Origin: an uncultured Planctomycetota bacterium
Lineage (GTDB): Bacteria; Planctomycetota; Planctomycetia; Pirellulales; Lacipirellulaceae
DNA: 64,000 nt
Assembly: GCA_963719315.1 (NCBI GenBank)
Contig: CAVRBU010000002.1
Coordinates: 1,312,001 to 1,376,000, forward strand
Direction: 5' to 3'
The notes beneath the pieces are model-generated. The model saw only the letters and a list, made by a program, of their open reading frames with translations, had not been told where the DNA came from and did no database searches. How positions within the stretch are numbered: position 1 is the stretch's first letter; each line of letters begins with the position of its first letter. The position numbers were made by a program, and so were the translations under genes. Of the stretch, positions 54,159 to 63,370 are shown piece by piece.

Positions 54159-54225
54159 GGAACGCTAATTCTCACTAATTTTCACTAATTCCGAATCAGT
54201 GGAATTTAGCGAAGATTAGTGTTCC
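54159..54225. repeat. Inverted 9/10-mer-periodic palindrome
   Basis: GGAACGCTAATTCTCACTAATTTTCACTAATT ... TCAGTGGAATTTAGCGAAGATTAGTGTTCC. Confidence 0.65.
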
Positions 54226-54386
54226 CGTTCTCCTTGTCTGAACTTGGAACTACTGTCACTGGTGTCAGCCGGGATCGTCGTCGCAGTTGTCCACCGATTG
54301 ATGATTTAGCTCAATAGCGAGATCGATTGTTTGCTTTCGCTCCATAACTGCGAATCCTGAGAAAAAGAACTCTCAAGTCCCCCCCG

Positions 54387-55160
54387 ATGCAACTCTTCGA
54401 TACCCACGCCCATCTCGACCAACACGAATTCGAAGACGACCGCGCCGAAGTGATCGCCCGTGCGAAAGAAGCCGGCGTCGAGAACATCGTCGCCATCGGC
54501 ATCTCGGCCGATACGAGTGCAGCAAGCATTGAATTGGCGGAAAAATTCGACGGCGTGTACGCCGCCGTTGGCATGCAGCCCAACTACCTGGCCGAAAGCC
54601 AACCGGGGGATTGGGACCGAGTGATCGCGATGCTGGATCGGCCGCGCGTCGTGGCCATCGGCGAAACGGGCCTCGACCGGCACTGGAATTTCACGCCGTT
54701 CGAAGTGCAGCAGGATTATTTCGACCGCCATCTCCGGCTGTCGCAAGAACGCGATCTGCCGTTCGTTGTTCACATGCGCGATTGCGACGAAGACATCCTC
54801 GTCATGCTCCGTGAAGCACGCATGCGCGGCCCACTCAACGGCGTGATGCACTCGTTCACTGGCGGCCGGGCGATGGCTGATGAATGTCTGGAGATGGGCC
54901 TCTACATCAGCTTTGCCGGTATGGTGACTTTTAAGAAGTCGGCCGAGCTGAGGGCGATCGCCGCCGCCGTGCCCGACGACCGGATCCTCGTCGAAACCGA
55001 TAGCCCGTATCTCACGCCCGAACCAGTTCGCAAGATACAGCGGAACGAGCCGGCCCACGTCCGCCACACGGCCGCCTGCCTGGCCGAGGTCCGCGGCAAA
55101 ACGCTCGCAGCGTTCGCCGACTTAACATCTGCGAACGCCAGGCGATTCTTTCACTTGTAG
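54387..55160 (+). CDS. tatD: TatD family hydrolase
   Basis: DTHAHL, AIGETGLD, VVHMRD, GVMHSF, ETDSPYL, RNEPA. Confidence 0.95.
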   Translation: MQLFDTHAHLDQHEFEDDRAEVIARAKEAGVENIVAIGISADTSAASIELAEKFDGVYAAVGMQPNYLAESQPGDWDRVIAMLDRPRVVAIGETGLDRHWNFTPFEVQQDYFDRHLRLSQERDLPFVVHMRDCDEDILVMLREARMRGPLNGVMHSFTGGRAMADECLEMGLYISFAGMVTFKKSAELRAIAAAVPDDRILVETDSPYLTPEPVRKIQRNEPAHVRHTAACLAEVRGKTLAAFADLTSANARRFFHL

Positions 55161-56164
55161 CCGCGGCCAACGCGGGCGCGCTTCGGAGAATCTCGCCTAC
55201 GTGCAACTACCACAAGATCGGCCGCGTTTGCGCCATTGGCATTGTTGCTATTCGGCTGCGCGCGATTCGCCATCGGCCGCGATGCCGTTCGCATAGGCGC
55301 CGATTGATTTTGCTTCTGGCCGGCATACGACGACCGCATTTGGCTTGCCGGTTGCTGCGGCCGGCCGTTGCTGGCCACCGGCGCTTTGTAAGCGGGGCTA
55401 TGCTTTACGTAAGCCGCTCCGTTCTTAGCCGGAGTGGCTTGAGTGCTGGCGCACCCGCCGTCGCAACCACACGCGCCGTTGGTGCAACCACCATTACAAC
55501 TGCCTCCATTGCATCCACAACCCCCACAACTCGGGCCAACCCACTGGCCGCAGTTATTGCACGGATCATGGCAATACGGCGGATCGTTGTGCCATTCACT
55601 CCAATACACTTCGCCGTTGCAGCCGCCGCAGGGGCAACAGCAGTGGCACACGTCTACAATTTCCCACAGGGCGTGACAAAAGCCGCAATTCTTCAGGCAG
55701 CACTTTCGGGGGCAGCAGGCGGTGCCGCTGCCGCCCCAAGTCGCACAGCCCGAACCGCAGCCACAGCACGGTTCACCGCAACTGGCGCATCCACAGGCCG
55801 GTTCGCAACAGTCTCCACATCCACTCTGGCAATCCCCATCACAGCCTCGGCACGGACACCATGGCGCCTGGCTTTTGCAATCGCAATGGAAACACTGACC
55901 GCCATATTGCCGGCCGTTCGCAAAGCAACCGCTGCCACAACCGCAGGACGGTTCACAGCAATCACCACAGCCGCCAGCCGGCTCACAGCAATTATCACAA
56001 CCGCACGATTGTTCGCAGCAGCCGCTGCAATTGCCGCGCGGTCCGCATCCGCAATTGTGCTGACCGCAGCAATCGAAACCGAACAGGCCCAAAATGCTGG
56101 CCTGCGACGGCGAAGTCGCAAACGAAATCGCGGCAAGTACCGCGACAGTAATCAGATTTCGCAT
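55151..56164 (-). CDS. Secreted cysteine-rich protein (CCEPxCGC repeats)
   Basis: Signal peptide, repeated CCE(P/Q)xCGC units, central GCNGEVYWSEWHNDPPxCxDPC motif, low-complexity tail. C-terminal end uncertain. Confidence 0.8.
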   Translation of the reverse strand: MRNLITVAVLAAISFATSPSQASILGLFGFDCCGQHNCGCGPRGNCSGCCEQSCGCDNCCEPAGGCGDCCEPSCGCGSGCFANGRQYGGQCFHCDCKSQAPWCPCRGCDGDCQSGCGDCCEPACGCASCGEPCCGCGSGCATWGGSGTACCPRKCCLKNCGFCHALWEIVDVCHCCCPCGGCNGEVYWSEWHNDPPYCHDPCNNCGQWVGPSCGGCGCNGGSCNGGCTNGACGCDGGCASTQATPAKNGAAYVKHSPAYKAPVASNGRPQQPASQMRSSYAGQKQNQSAPMRTASRPMANRAQPNSNNANGANAADLVVVARRRDSPKRARVGRGYK

Positions 56165-56442
56165 CTCTCGTTTTCCTCGGCATTACGCGCAAGGGCAACG
56201 GGGGTGCGACGCCAGCGGCCCCCAAGAAAAGTGCTCCCCCCGAAGCTTCCTATGCGACGTGCAGCGCATTGAAATTGGGCCGTGCGGCGCTGGTATCATC
56301 GTCGGGCAGACTCGCCACCCGTGAGAAAAACCGCTACAATCGCTTGGGTTTGTGGCCCGAAGCGGCTGCTAGCGATGACGCCACCAGCCCGTGGGACAGA
56401 CATGCTTGTCTGCCTCGCGCCCATGATTTCCCGCTCCACGAA

Positions 56443-56694
56443 TTACTGTGTCGGCGGGCTCTGCTCGGCCGGTTCCGGCGGGGCAGGAATTGGGTCCCGA
56501 ACCTTGGAAACGGTCGGCTGCGAACAACTGTTCGCACAATAGCTGCAACTAACACAGCTAGCATGGTCATTCGCCCAATCGGCCACAAAACAATGCCGAT
56601 CGATAAACGAAAACAAACCCGTCGGCCCGCGACAACCACACAGGCTCGCGCTCAACAGCAATGCCAGCGTCGCAAATTTGATTCGCTTATCCAT
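56443..56694 (-). CDS. Small Cys-rich lipoprotein
   Basis: MDKRIKFATLALLLSASLCG|C lipobox; CVSCSYCANSC; Pro-rich tail. Confidence 0.6.
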   Translation of the reverse strand: MDKRIKFATLALLLSASLCGCRGPTGLFSFIDRHCFVADWANDHASCVSCSYCANSCSQPTVSKVRDPIPAPPEPAEQSPPTQ

Positions 56695-56860
56695 GCCAGA
56701 TTTCGGCAACGCGTTGAAAAGTGCCCGCAGGCCGTCGACCAACGCCTATCATCGTCGCTTCGCATGGAATTGAGTTAGAAAAACTCCACGCCGCTGTCAC
56801 TGCCTTTTACCATTTGTTTTCAGACGACAATCAACTAACAAAGAGCTACTAACAACCGCC

Positions 56861-57925
56861 ATGGATCGCTCCGCCAAAAAGTTCTTCAAAGACATCCTCG
56901 AAACGCCCAGCCCCTCCGGCTACGAACAGCCCGTGCAGCAAATCGTCCGGCAGTACGTCGCTGATTTCGCCGACGAAGTCCGCACCGATCTGCACGGCAA
57001 CGTCATCGCCAGTTGCAACCTGGATGCGCCGCTCCGCGTCATGTACGCCGGCCATGCCGACCAGATCGGCCTCATCGTGTCGCACATCAACGAGAACGGT
57101 TATATCTACACGAACACAATCGGCGGCTGGGACCCGCAGCAACTCATCGGCCAGCGGATGACAATCTACACCGACTCCGGCGCGGTGCCGGCCGTCATCG
57201 CCCGCAAAGCCATTCATTTGCTGGATGAGGAGGAGCGAAAAAAAGTTGTGAAGACCAAGGAGCTCTGGCTCGACATCGGCGCCAAAGACAGGGACGAGGC
57301 TGCAAAGGCTGTGGCGATTGGCGACCCGGTAACGCTCGAACTCGGCTATCAGGAGATGCGCAACAATTTGGCGAATTCGCCCGGCATGGACGACAAAACC
57401 GGCCTGTGGGTCGCCGTCGAAGCGCTCCGCCGCGCGAAAAAACGTGGTGGCCTGAAAGTAGCACTCTATGCCGCCGCCACCGTGCAGGAGGAAATCGGCC
57501 TTCGCGGCGCTGTCACCAGCGCGTACGGTATTCACCCGCACGTCGGCATTGCAATCGATGTCACGCACGCCACCGATTGCCCCACGATCGACAAAACGCA
57601 AGAGGGGGACATCAAGCTCGGCGGCGGCCCCGTTGTGTATCGCGGCCCGAATATGAATCCGCATGTCGTCGATCGCCTTCGCAGCGCTGCCGAAACGGCC
57701 AGTATTCCGATTCAATGGGGCGCGAGCGGCCGCGGCACTGGTACCGATGCCAACGCCATCCAACTCGCCCGCGGAGGCGTGGCGGCCGGCCTCATCAGTT
57801 TGCCAAACCGCTACATGCACAGCGCGGTCGAAATGATCTCGCTCGACGACATCGACCAGGCAGCCGATCTGCTGGCGGAATTCGCCCTTGGAATCGAATC
57901 CGATGCTGACTTCACGCCGCGATAG
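56861..57925 (+). CDS. M42 family metallo-aminopeptidase
   Basis: PSPSGYE, GHADQIG, GMDDK, VQEEIGLRGA, IDVT, GTDA, RYMHS. Confidence 0.95.
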   Translation: MDRSAKKFFKDILETPSPSGYEQPVQQIVRQYVADFADEVRTDLHGNVIASCNLDAPLRVMYAGHADQIGLIVSHINENGYIYTNTIGGWDPQQLIGQRMTIYTDSGAVPAVIARKAIHLLDEEERKKVVKTKELWLDIGAKDRDEAAKAVAIGDPVTLELGYQEMRNNLANSPGMDDKTGLWVAVEALRRAKKRGGLKVALYAAATVQEEIGLRGAVTSAYGIHPHVGIAIDVTHATDCPTIDKTQEGDIKLGGGPVVYRGPNMNPHVVDRLRSAAETASIPIQWGASGRGTGTDANAIQLARGGVAAGLISLPNRYMHSAVEMISLDDIDQAADLLAEFALGIESDADFTPR

Positions 57926-58052
57926 ACCGGCGGACGGCCTTATTGATTTATTGACGCAGTTAAGCTAATTCCGCGTGCGCGGCTCAAGCAAAGAGCCAAC
58001 GCGAAATTCCGACGACGACCGAACCTGCGACGCGTCGGACTTTGAAGGACGA

Positions 58053-58583
58053 CTACTTCGCCTTGGGCACCTCCCATTTGGGCGCTTCGAGCACTTTGCC
58101 ATCGGCGTTGACGCAAATCTCCGTGCTCATTTCGCCCTTCTTCAATACGACCGCATAGTGAATCTCGGGCTTGGCCAGCTTCACGACTTTGCCGTCCTTG
58201 GTTTCATAGCGGACGGATATTTTTTCTGTCCGGCCCATGGTCGCGCCCTCGGCTGCGTCGTGGATTGGCTTCATTGCCTCCTTCGGTACGCTCTTTGTTG
58301 TAATGACGAGCGTGCGCTCCAGCATCGTGCCGTCGGCCGCGATGTCGGCCTCCTTCTCCCGCTTGCCGTCGCGGAATTCGAAGTCGTAAACCATCACGCC
58401 ACCCTCCTCTTCCACCTCCAAGCTGTCGATCCTGGCATTGGGAAATTTCGTATCAAAGGTTTTTTTCACTGGGGCCGGGAGGTCTTGCGGTTTGATTTGC
58501 TTTTGGGCGTTCAAAGTCGCCGAACTAACCGCGATCCCGCAGATCGCAACAGCCGATGCCAACATTCGTCGGACGCTACTCAT
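58053..58583 (-). CDS. Secreted PepSY-like/BLIP-like repeat protein
   Basis: Signal peptide and two repeats of LPAPVKKT...E...Y.....E..I.ADG.LE; AAGGGG RBS. Confidence 0.75.
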   Translation of the reverse strand: MSSVRRMLASAVAICGIAVSSATLNAQKQIKPQDLPAPVKKTFDTKFPNARIDSLEVEEEGGVMVYDFEFRDGKREKEADIAADGTMLERTLVITTKSVPKEAMKPIHDAAEGATMGRTEKISVRYETKDGKVVKLAKPEIHYAVVLKKGEMSTEICVNADGKVLEAPKWEVPKAK

Positions 58584-58791
58584 GATTAGATCCCCTTTCT
58601 TGAAAAGCTTGGTCCATCCGCTGCCTGCTTCGGATTCCTTTGAGCAACCAGACTCACACCGGTGGCAACCGCCCAATTCTAGGGAGCGCTAGCCGGAAAC
58701 TCCAGCAGCGGAGCCATACAGGCTGAACTCGCGATTTTCGCTGTCGCCAAGCGCGCGTCAACAACCGCTAGCGAGGCCCGATTTTGGAGGC

Positions 58792-59199
58792 ATGTATATG
58801 GGTCGATGCGGTTGCAGGCTCGTTGCCGTGCTAGGTATCATCCTGGCGTGGCCTGGCGGCGTTTTTGTGGGTCAACTCAAAGAACAATCGCCGAACGAGC
58901 CTCCGGCGCTGGAACATACTCCCAACACGCAGCTCAACGCGGCGCCTTCCCCGTCGGCTCCAAAAGAAAAACTGGCTCGCGTGTTGGCCAACGAGCCACC
59001 ACTCGTGCGTTTGGCGCGCGACAAGTTCGGCGCCGAGGTCACCGAAACGGACGCCAAGTTTTTCGCCGCCATCGCCGCCAACTATTGGGCCGATCTGCGT
59101 CCGACAACCGAGACGAAGTTCGACCCGGAAAAGCCATCGTCCCGGATCGAGAACCCTACCCTCCTTGCCGCCGCCGTCACCGTCATCGTCCAGAGCTAG
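58792..59199 (+). CDS. Hypothetical exported protein, probably 3'-truncated
   Basis: GGAGG RBS and signal peptide. The frame ends abruptly at a REP doublet. Confidence 0.5.
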   Translation: MYMGRCGCRLVAVLGIILAWPGGVFVGQLKEQSPNEPPALEHTPNTQLNAAPSPSAPKEKLARVLANEPPLVRLARDKFGAEVTETDAKFFAAIAANYWADLRPTTETKFDPEKPSSRIENPTLLAAAVTVIVQS

Positions 59200-59257
59200 T
59201 ATAAGCCGGTTCGCTCCGCGAACCGAATTTCCTCTCGCGGAGCGACAGGGCTACACT
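59199..59257. repeat. GTAG-family REP doublet
   Basis: GTATAAGCCGGTTCGCTCCGCGAACCG...CTCTCGCGGAGCGACAGGGCTACACT. Confidence 0.65.
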
Positions 59258-59269
59258 TAAACTAGACGC

Positions 59270-60352
59270 ATGCTGCCGATCTGCTCACTCCGTTGCTCGA
59301 TAATTCTCATAGCCTTCGCGTTGCCGTCCATCCTTCCGGCTGCCGACACTCCACCCGCAGTGCCCTCCGATTCCCCGCATCGAAAACCTCGCCCCAAACC
59401 AACCACGCCCCACGAACGCGCCGTCGCGCGCCGCGCTGCCCAAGATAGCGCCGCCAAGACCAAGCACGAAGAAGAACGCACCAAATGGCTCGCAAAATTG
59501 AAAGAACGCAACGTCGAGCCCTGGCCCGAGGATGAGTCTGACGAGGTGCACGCGAATGCTCTCGCCAAATCCCGCGAGATGGCGAACGAAGTCGTCTCCC
59601 TCTTTCCCGGCACACAATTGTACGAGACCGAGCATTTTCTCTTCGTTTCGAACATTCCACCTCAGCAAGTTGGCCCATACATCACATCGCTCGACCGCAT
59701 GTACGACTGGATGTGCCGACTGTACGGAGTGCCGCGCGACCACAAGGTCTGGCTCGGCCGCAAGGCGCCCATCTTTGCGTTTCTTCAGCACGATCAATTC
59801 GACGCCTTTGAAGAACGCTTTTATCCCGAAGCCCGCGAATCGCTCCATTCGCTCTCCAACATTTACGGTCTGTGCCACATGAAGCCCAGTGGTGAGGTCG
59901 TCATCTCCTGCTTCCGCGGCAACGACCCGAATGACTTCGCCCAAATGCTCGTCCATGAAACGAGCCACGGTTTTATACATCGCTACAAAACCAAAGCCCG
60001 ACTGCCGAACTGGGTCGACGAAGGCATGGCCGACTTGATCGGCGCTGAAATGGTACCAGCCAGCATGGCCGTGAAGAATCACGAGTATAGAGCCATCCTG
60101 CAACTCGCCCAACAGCCATCGTTCGGCGGCATGTTCACGGCCGAACGGATCGAAGCCGTCCACTACGGCATGGCAAGCAACCTCAATCGCTTCCTTCTCC
60201 AGAGTAATCGCGAAAAATACGTCCGCTTCATCGAGGTCTTGAAAGAGGGCCAAAAGTGGGAAGACGCCCTCCGCGAAGCTTACCAGAGCACGCCCGACGA
60301 ACTGCTCTCCGCGTATGGCCGCTGGATCAACGTGGCCGATCTGCGGCCATAG
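59270..60352 (+). CDS. Secreted zinc metallopeptidase-like protein (peptidase MA/DUF1570-like)
   Basis: Signal peptide; LVHETSH (HExxH) followed by PNWVDEGMAD. Confidence 0.8.
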   Translation: MLPICSLRCSIILIAFALPSILPAADTPPAVPSDSPHRKPRPKPTTPHERAVARRAAQDSAAKTKHEEERTKWLAKLKERNVEPWPEDESDEVHANALAKSREMANEVVSLFPGTQLYETEHFLFVSNIPPQQVGPYITSLDRMYDWMCRLYGVPRDHKVWLGRKAPIFAFLQHDQFDAFEERFYPEARESLHSLSNIYGLCHMKPSGEVVISCFRGNDPNDFAQMLVHETSHGFIHRYKTKARLPNWVDEGMADLIGAEMVPASMAVKNHEYRAILQLAQQPSFGGMFTAERIEAVHYGMASNLNRFLLQSNREKYVRFIEVLKEGQKWEDALREAYQSTPDELLSAYGRWINVADLRP

Positions 60353-60566
60353 CCTCTAGGGGGCATGAATGCGGATAGGGGCCACAATTCCGCCCCGTTC
60401 CTATCTCCCCTCGCGGCGACTCGCCCGCCGCATATAATCCATCAATCCAATAAGAAAGCGATTCGCTCGGCACAAGCCTTGCACTTCATTGGAGATCCGA
60501 GTGGCACGCCTCAGGGCTTTTGCACCGGCCACATTCCGCTGACAACTGACGACTGAAAACTTCCCC

Positions 60567-61613
60567 ATGAAACTCGCCTTCGTCGTCAATGACGTCCAAA
60601 CTGAACTGGCCACGTACACCACGACGCGGCTCGCAATGGCGGCCACGAACAAGGGCCATAAGTGCTACACGTTCGGCGTCGGCGATTTCATTTGCGCCGC
60701 CGATGGCTCGCTTCACGCCCTGGCCCGCCGCGTGCGCGGAAAGAGCTACAAATCGCTCGACAAATTCCTCGCCGACCTGCAATCCGATGAGCACGATCCC
60801 GAACAAGTGAACCTTGACGAATTCGATGTCGTCATGCTCCGCAACGACCCCTCGACCGATGCGGCTGAGCGGCCTTGGGCCCAATCATCGGGCATCCTTT
60901 TCGGCCAACTCGTCGCCAACCGCGGCGTCATGGTCCTTAACGATCCGGAGACACTCGCCCGCGCAATCAACAAAACCTACTTTCAGCAATTCCCAGAAGA
61001 GGTGCGCCCGAAAACGTGCATCAGCCGCTCGGTTGAAGAAATCAAGCGATTCATCGAAGAGCAAGGCGACAAGGTCGTCCTAAAACCGCTCCAAGGCTCT
61101 GGCGGCAAGAACGTGTTCCTGGTCGGCGAAAAGGAACGGGCGAACCTCAACCAGATGATCGACGCGGTGCTGCGCGACGGCTACTGCGTCGTGCAGGAAT
61201 ACCTGCCGGCCGCCGCCAAAGGCGACGTCCGACTGTTCGTCATGAACGGCCGGCCGCTCGCGCGCGATGGAAAGTACGCCGCCTTCCGCCGCATCAACAA
61301 ATCGGGAGACGCCCGCAGCAATATGCACACCGGCGGCGAGAGCGAGCCGGTCGACGTCACCGACAAAATGCTTCGAATAGTGGAAATCGTCCGCCCGAAG
61401 CTCGTCAGCGACGGCATGTTCCTGGTCGGACTGGATATCGTGGCCGACAAATTAATTGAGATAAACGTCTTCAGCCCCGGCGGCCTCGGCAGCAGCAGCC
61501 AATTCGCTGGCATCGACTTCGCCCAGGTCGTCATCGAAGACCTGGAACGCAAGATTGAGTACCGCAAATACTACGACGGCCGCATGCGAAACCAAGAACT
61601 GGCAACACTCTGA
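60567..61613 (+). CDS. gshB: Glutathione synthetase-like ATP-grasp ligase
   Basis: VMLRNDPS, VLNDP, VLKPLQGSGG, VQEYLP, GDVRL, RSNMHTGG, FLVGLDIVADKLIEINVFSPGG. Substrate not proven. Confidence 0.75.
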   Translation: MKLAFVVNDVQTELATYTTTRLAMAATNKGHKCYTFGVGDFICAADGSLHALARRVRGKSYKSLDKFLADLQSDEHDPEQVNLDEFDVVMLRNDPSTDAAERPWAQSSGILFGQLVANRGVMVLNDPETLARAINKTYFQQFPEEVRPKTCISRSVEEIKRFIEEQGDKVVLKPLQGSGGKNVFLVGEKERANLNQMIDAVLRDGYCVVQEYLPAAAKGDVRLFVMNGRPLARDGKYAAFRRINKSGDARSNMHTGGESEPVDVTDKMLRIVEIVRPKLVSDGMFLVGLDIVADKLIEINVFSPGGLGSSSQFAGIDFAQVVIEDLERKIEYRKYYDGRMRNQELATL

Positions 61614-61619
61614 ACCCGG

Positions 61620-62264
61620 TTAGCGCTTTGGCACAATCCGTGGTGTCACTTGCGGAATCTCTTGGCCTTTGGATTCCGCCGCGCGCATGGCTCGTAGGAC
61701 GTTGAGCACTAGATCTGTCTTCGCTCGGTCGCCGTGCGACTTGCTGATTTTGGCAAAGTGTACTTTTCGGTGGGTGTCTAACACAAAGGTCGATGGATAC
61801 GCCGTTTCTCGCGGCATGTCCCAACGTAACCCGTGTAATGCAATGAACTTGTAATCCGGGTCCGTCACCAAAACGAGCGGTGCCGGCAATTTCAAATCTT
61901 TCAGAAACTCCTTGGCACGATCGGTAAGCTTGTCCGCCGCGCCCGGATACACGAGAACGACCGTCGCACCCAGTTGGTTGAAATCCTTAGCATGCTTCCG
62001 CAAATCGGCCACCTGCTTGCTGCAGATAGGGCACTGATAACCGGGGTAGCCGCGGAGGACTACGAGCACGACGGGCCCTTTGGCCGCCGTATCGGCGAGA
62101 TCGAGAACCTTGCCGTCGATCGTATAAAACTCGAATTCCTCGATCGCGTCGCCAATCTTCGGAACGTGCTCACCGTCGGCCTCGCTGGCCCAGAGTTTGC
62201 CACTCAAACAAACCGCTATCGCAAGGCCACTTGCGATACACAAAGACGCTCGTCGATTCGACAT
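61620..62264 (-). CDS. Exported peroxiredoxin-like (AhpC/TSA) protein
   Basis: Signal peptide; GPVVLVVLRG...CPIC; TDPD; AYPSTFVLD. Confidence 0.85.
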   Translation of the reverse strand: MSNRRASLCIASGLAIAVCLSGKLWASEADGEHVPKIGDAIEEFEFYTIDGKVLDLADTAAKGPVVLVVLRGYPGYQCPICSKQVADLRKHAKDFNQLGATVVLVYPGAADKLTDRAKEFLKDLKLPAPLVLVTDPDYKFIALHGLRWDMPRETAYPSTFVLDTHRKVHFAKISKSHGDRAKTDLVLNVLRAMRAAESKGQEIPQVTPRIVPKR

Positions 62265-62275
62265 GTAAACACCCT

Positions 62276-63292
62276 TTATTTCGCTTCCCAAGTCTGCCGC
62301 AGCAGCCGCATCGGCGCCGGCGGCCGAAATTGCCACGCCCACGATTGGTCGAATACTTGCAACTGGAACATCTCCCAAGCCGCCCGTGGTCGCAACCACA
62401 TTTGCTTTGCAATCGCCCACCACAACCGCGGATTATATACCAACGATCGGAAGAACCGCTGTTGCCAATACTCGCTCGTCAAATGGTAATCTTGCGTCCC
62501 GTCCTCTTCCTCAATCAACTCGAAATAGGGCCGGGCGCACCGTTCAAGCTGCCCTGGTTCGGGATACCAACCGCCAAATTGATCGACCAGCATTGCATAT
62601 TGATACTGATCGCTGCCTCGCGGATGCGCACGATGACCGCGCTCAATCTCCACAGGGTCGAACTGATTCACGACGCGGAAGTGAATGGCAGTCGTCACCA
62701 ACCTGCCACGCTCTTTCAAGAGCCGCTGGCAGATCGCGAACATCTCGGCATAAATCTCGTCGGCTCTCCCCTCCGCGGCGTCGGCCACTTGCACAAAGTG
62801 CTCCAGCGATCCATTTGCGACAACCGAGTCAAACGAGTGTTCCCAATTCGTAGGGCAGGCAGTGTCCGCTCTAGTATCGCATTTCAATTCGGCGGGCGAG
62901 GCCCACCCTACGGTTTGCGCAAAGATGTTTCGGTAATTCAATTCGCGCACATCCAGCCCGCGCGCCCGATTCGCCGCCACTTGCGGTGGCGAAATCGTAA
63001 TCCCAATCGCCTTCGCCCCGCGACGCTCCGCCTGCTCCAGAATCCGCCCGTAACCACAACCAATATCGAGTAGTTGCGTTCCCTGCCCGCAACGCACTTG
63101 ATCGAGCAGGTAGTCGGCCTGCCGCGCTTGAGCTGCCAGGTAAGATGCCTGATCGTTGCGATCATCGACGTACTTGCCGTCCGTCAGATCGGTAAGTCCA
63201 CACGCCGGTGCCACGGTAAGCAGATCGTAGCAAGTGCGCACCGTCGGCGCGGTGTTCTGTTCTATCGACGCGGTGGCAGCGACGCTCGCCAT
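62276..63292 (-). CDS. Cyclopropane-fatty-acyl-phospholipid synthase-like SAM methyltransferase
   Basis: LLDIGCGYG, GITISPPQ, FDSVVANGSLEHF, GGWYP, DYHLTSEYW. Confidence 0.85.
   Translation of the reverse strand: MASVAATASIEQNTAPTVRTCYDLLTVAPACGLTDLTDGKYVDDRNDQASYLAAQARQADYLLDQVRCGQGTQLLDIGCGYGRILEQAERRGAKAIGITISPPQVAANRARGLDVRELNYRNIFAQTVGWASPAELKCDTRADTACPTNWEHSFDSVVANGSLEHFVQVADAAEGRADEIYAEMFAICQRLLKERGRLVTTAIHFRVVNQFDPVEIERGHRAHPRGSDQYQYAMLVDQFGGWYPEPGQLERCARPYFELIEEEDGTQDYHLTSEYWQQRFFRSLVYNPRLWWAIAKQMWLRPRAAWEMFQLQVFDQSWAWQFRPPAPMRLLRQTWEAK
62850..62911. repeat. GTAG REP doublet embedded in frame in the methyltransferase gene
   Basis: GTAGGGCAGGCAGTGTCCGC ... GGCGGGCGAGGCCCACCCTAC, translated as VGWASPA...ADTACPT. 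Confidence 0.78.
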
Positions 63293-63370
63293 GAACGCCT
63301 CCCAATGGGGCAAAACGATGCCACCCGTGATTGTAGGCGATTGGCCGCGACGATCAAGCCACCGACAGCG

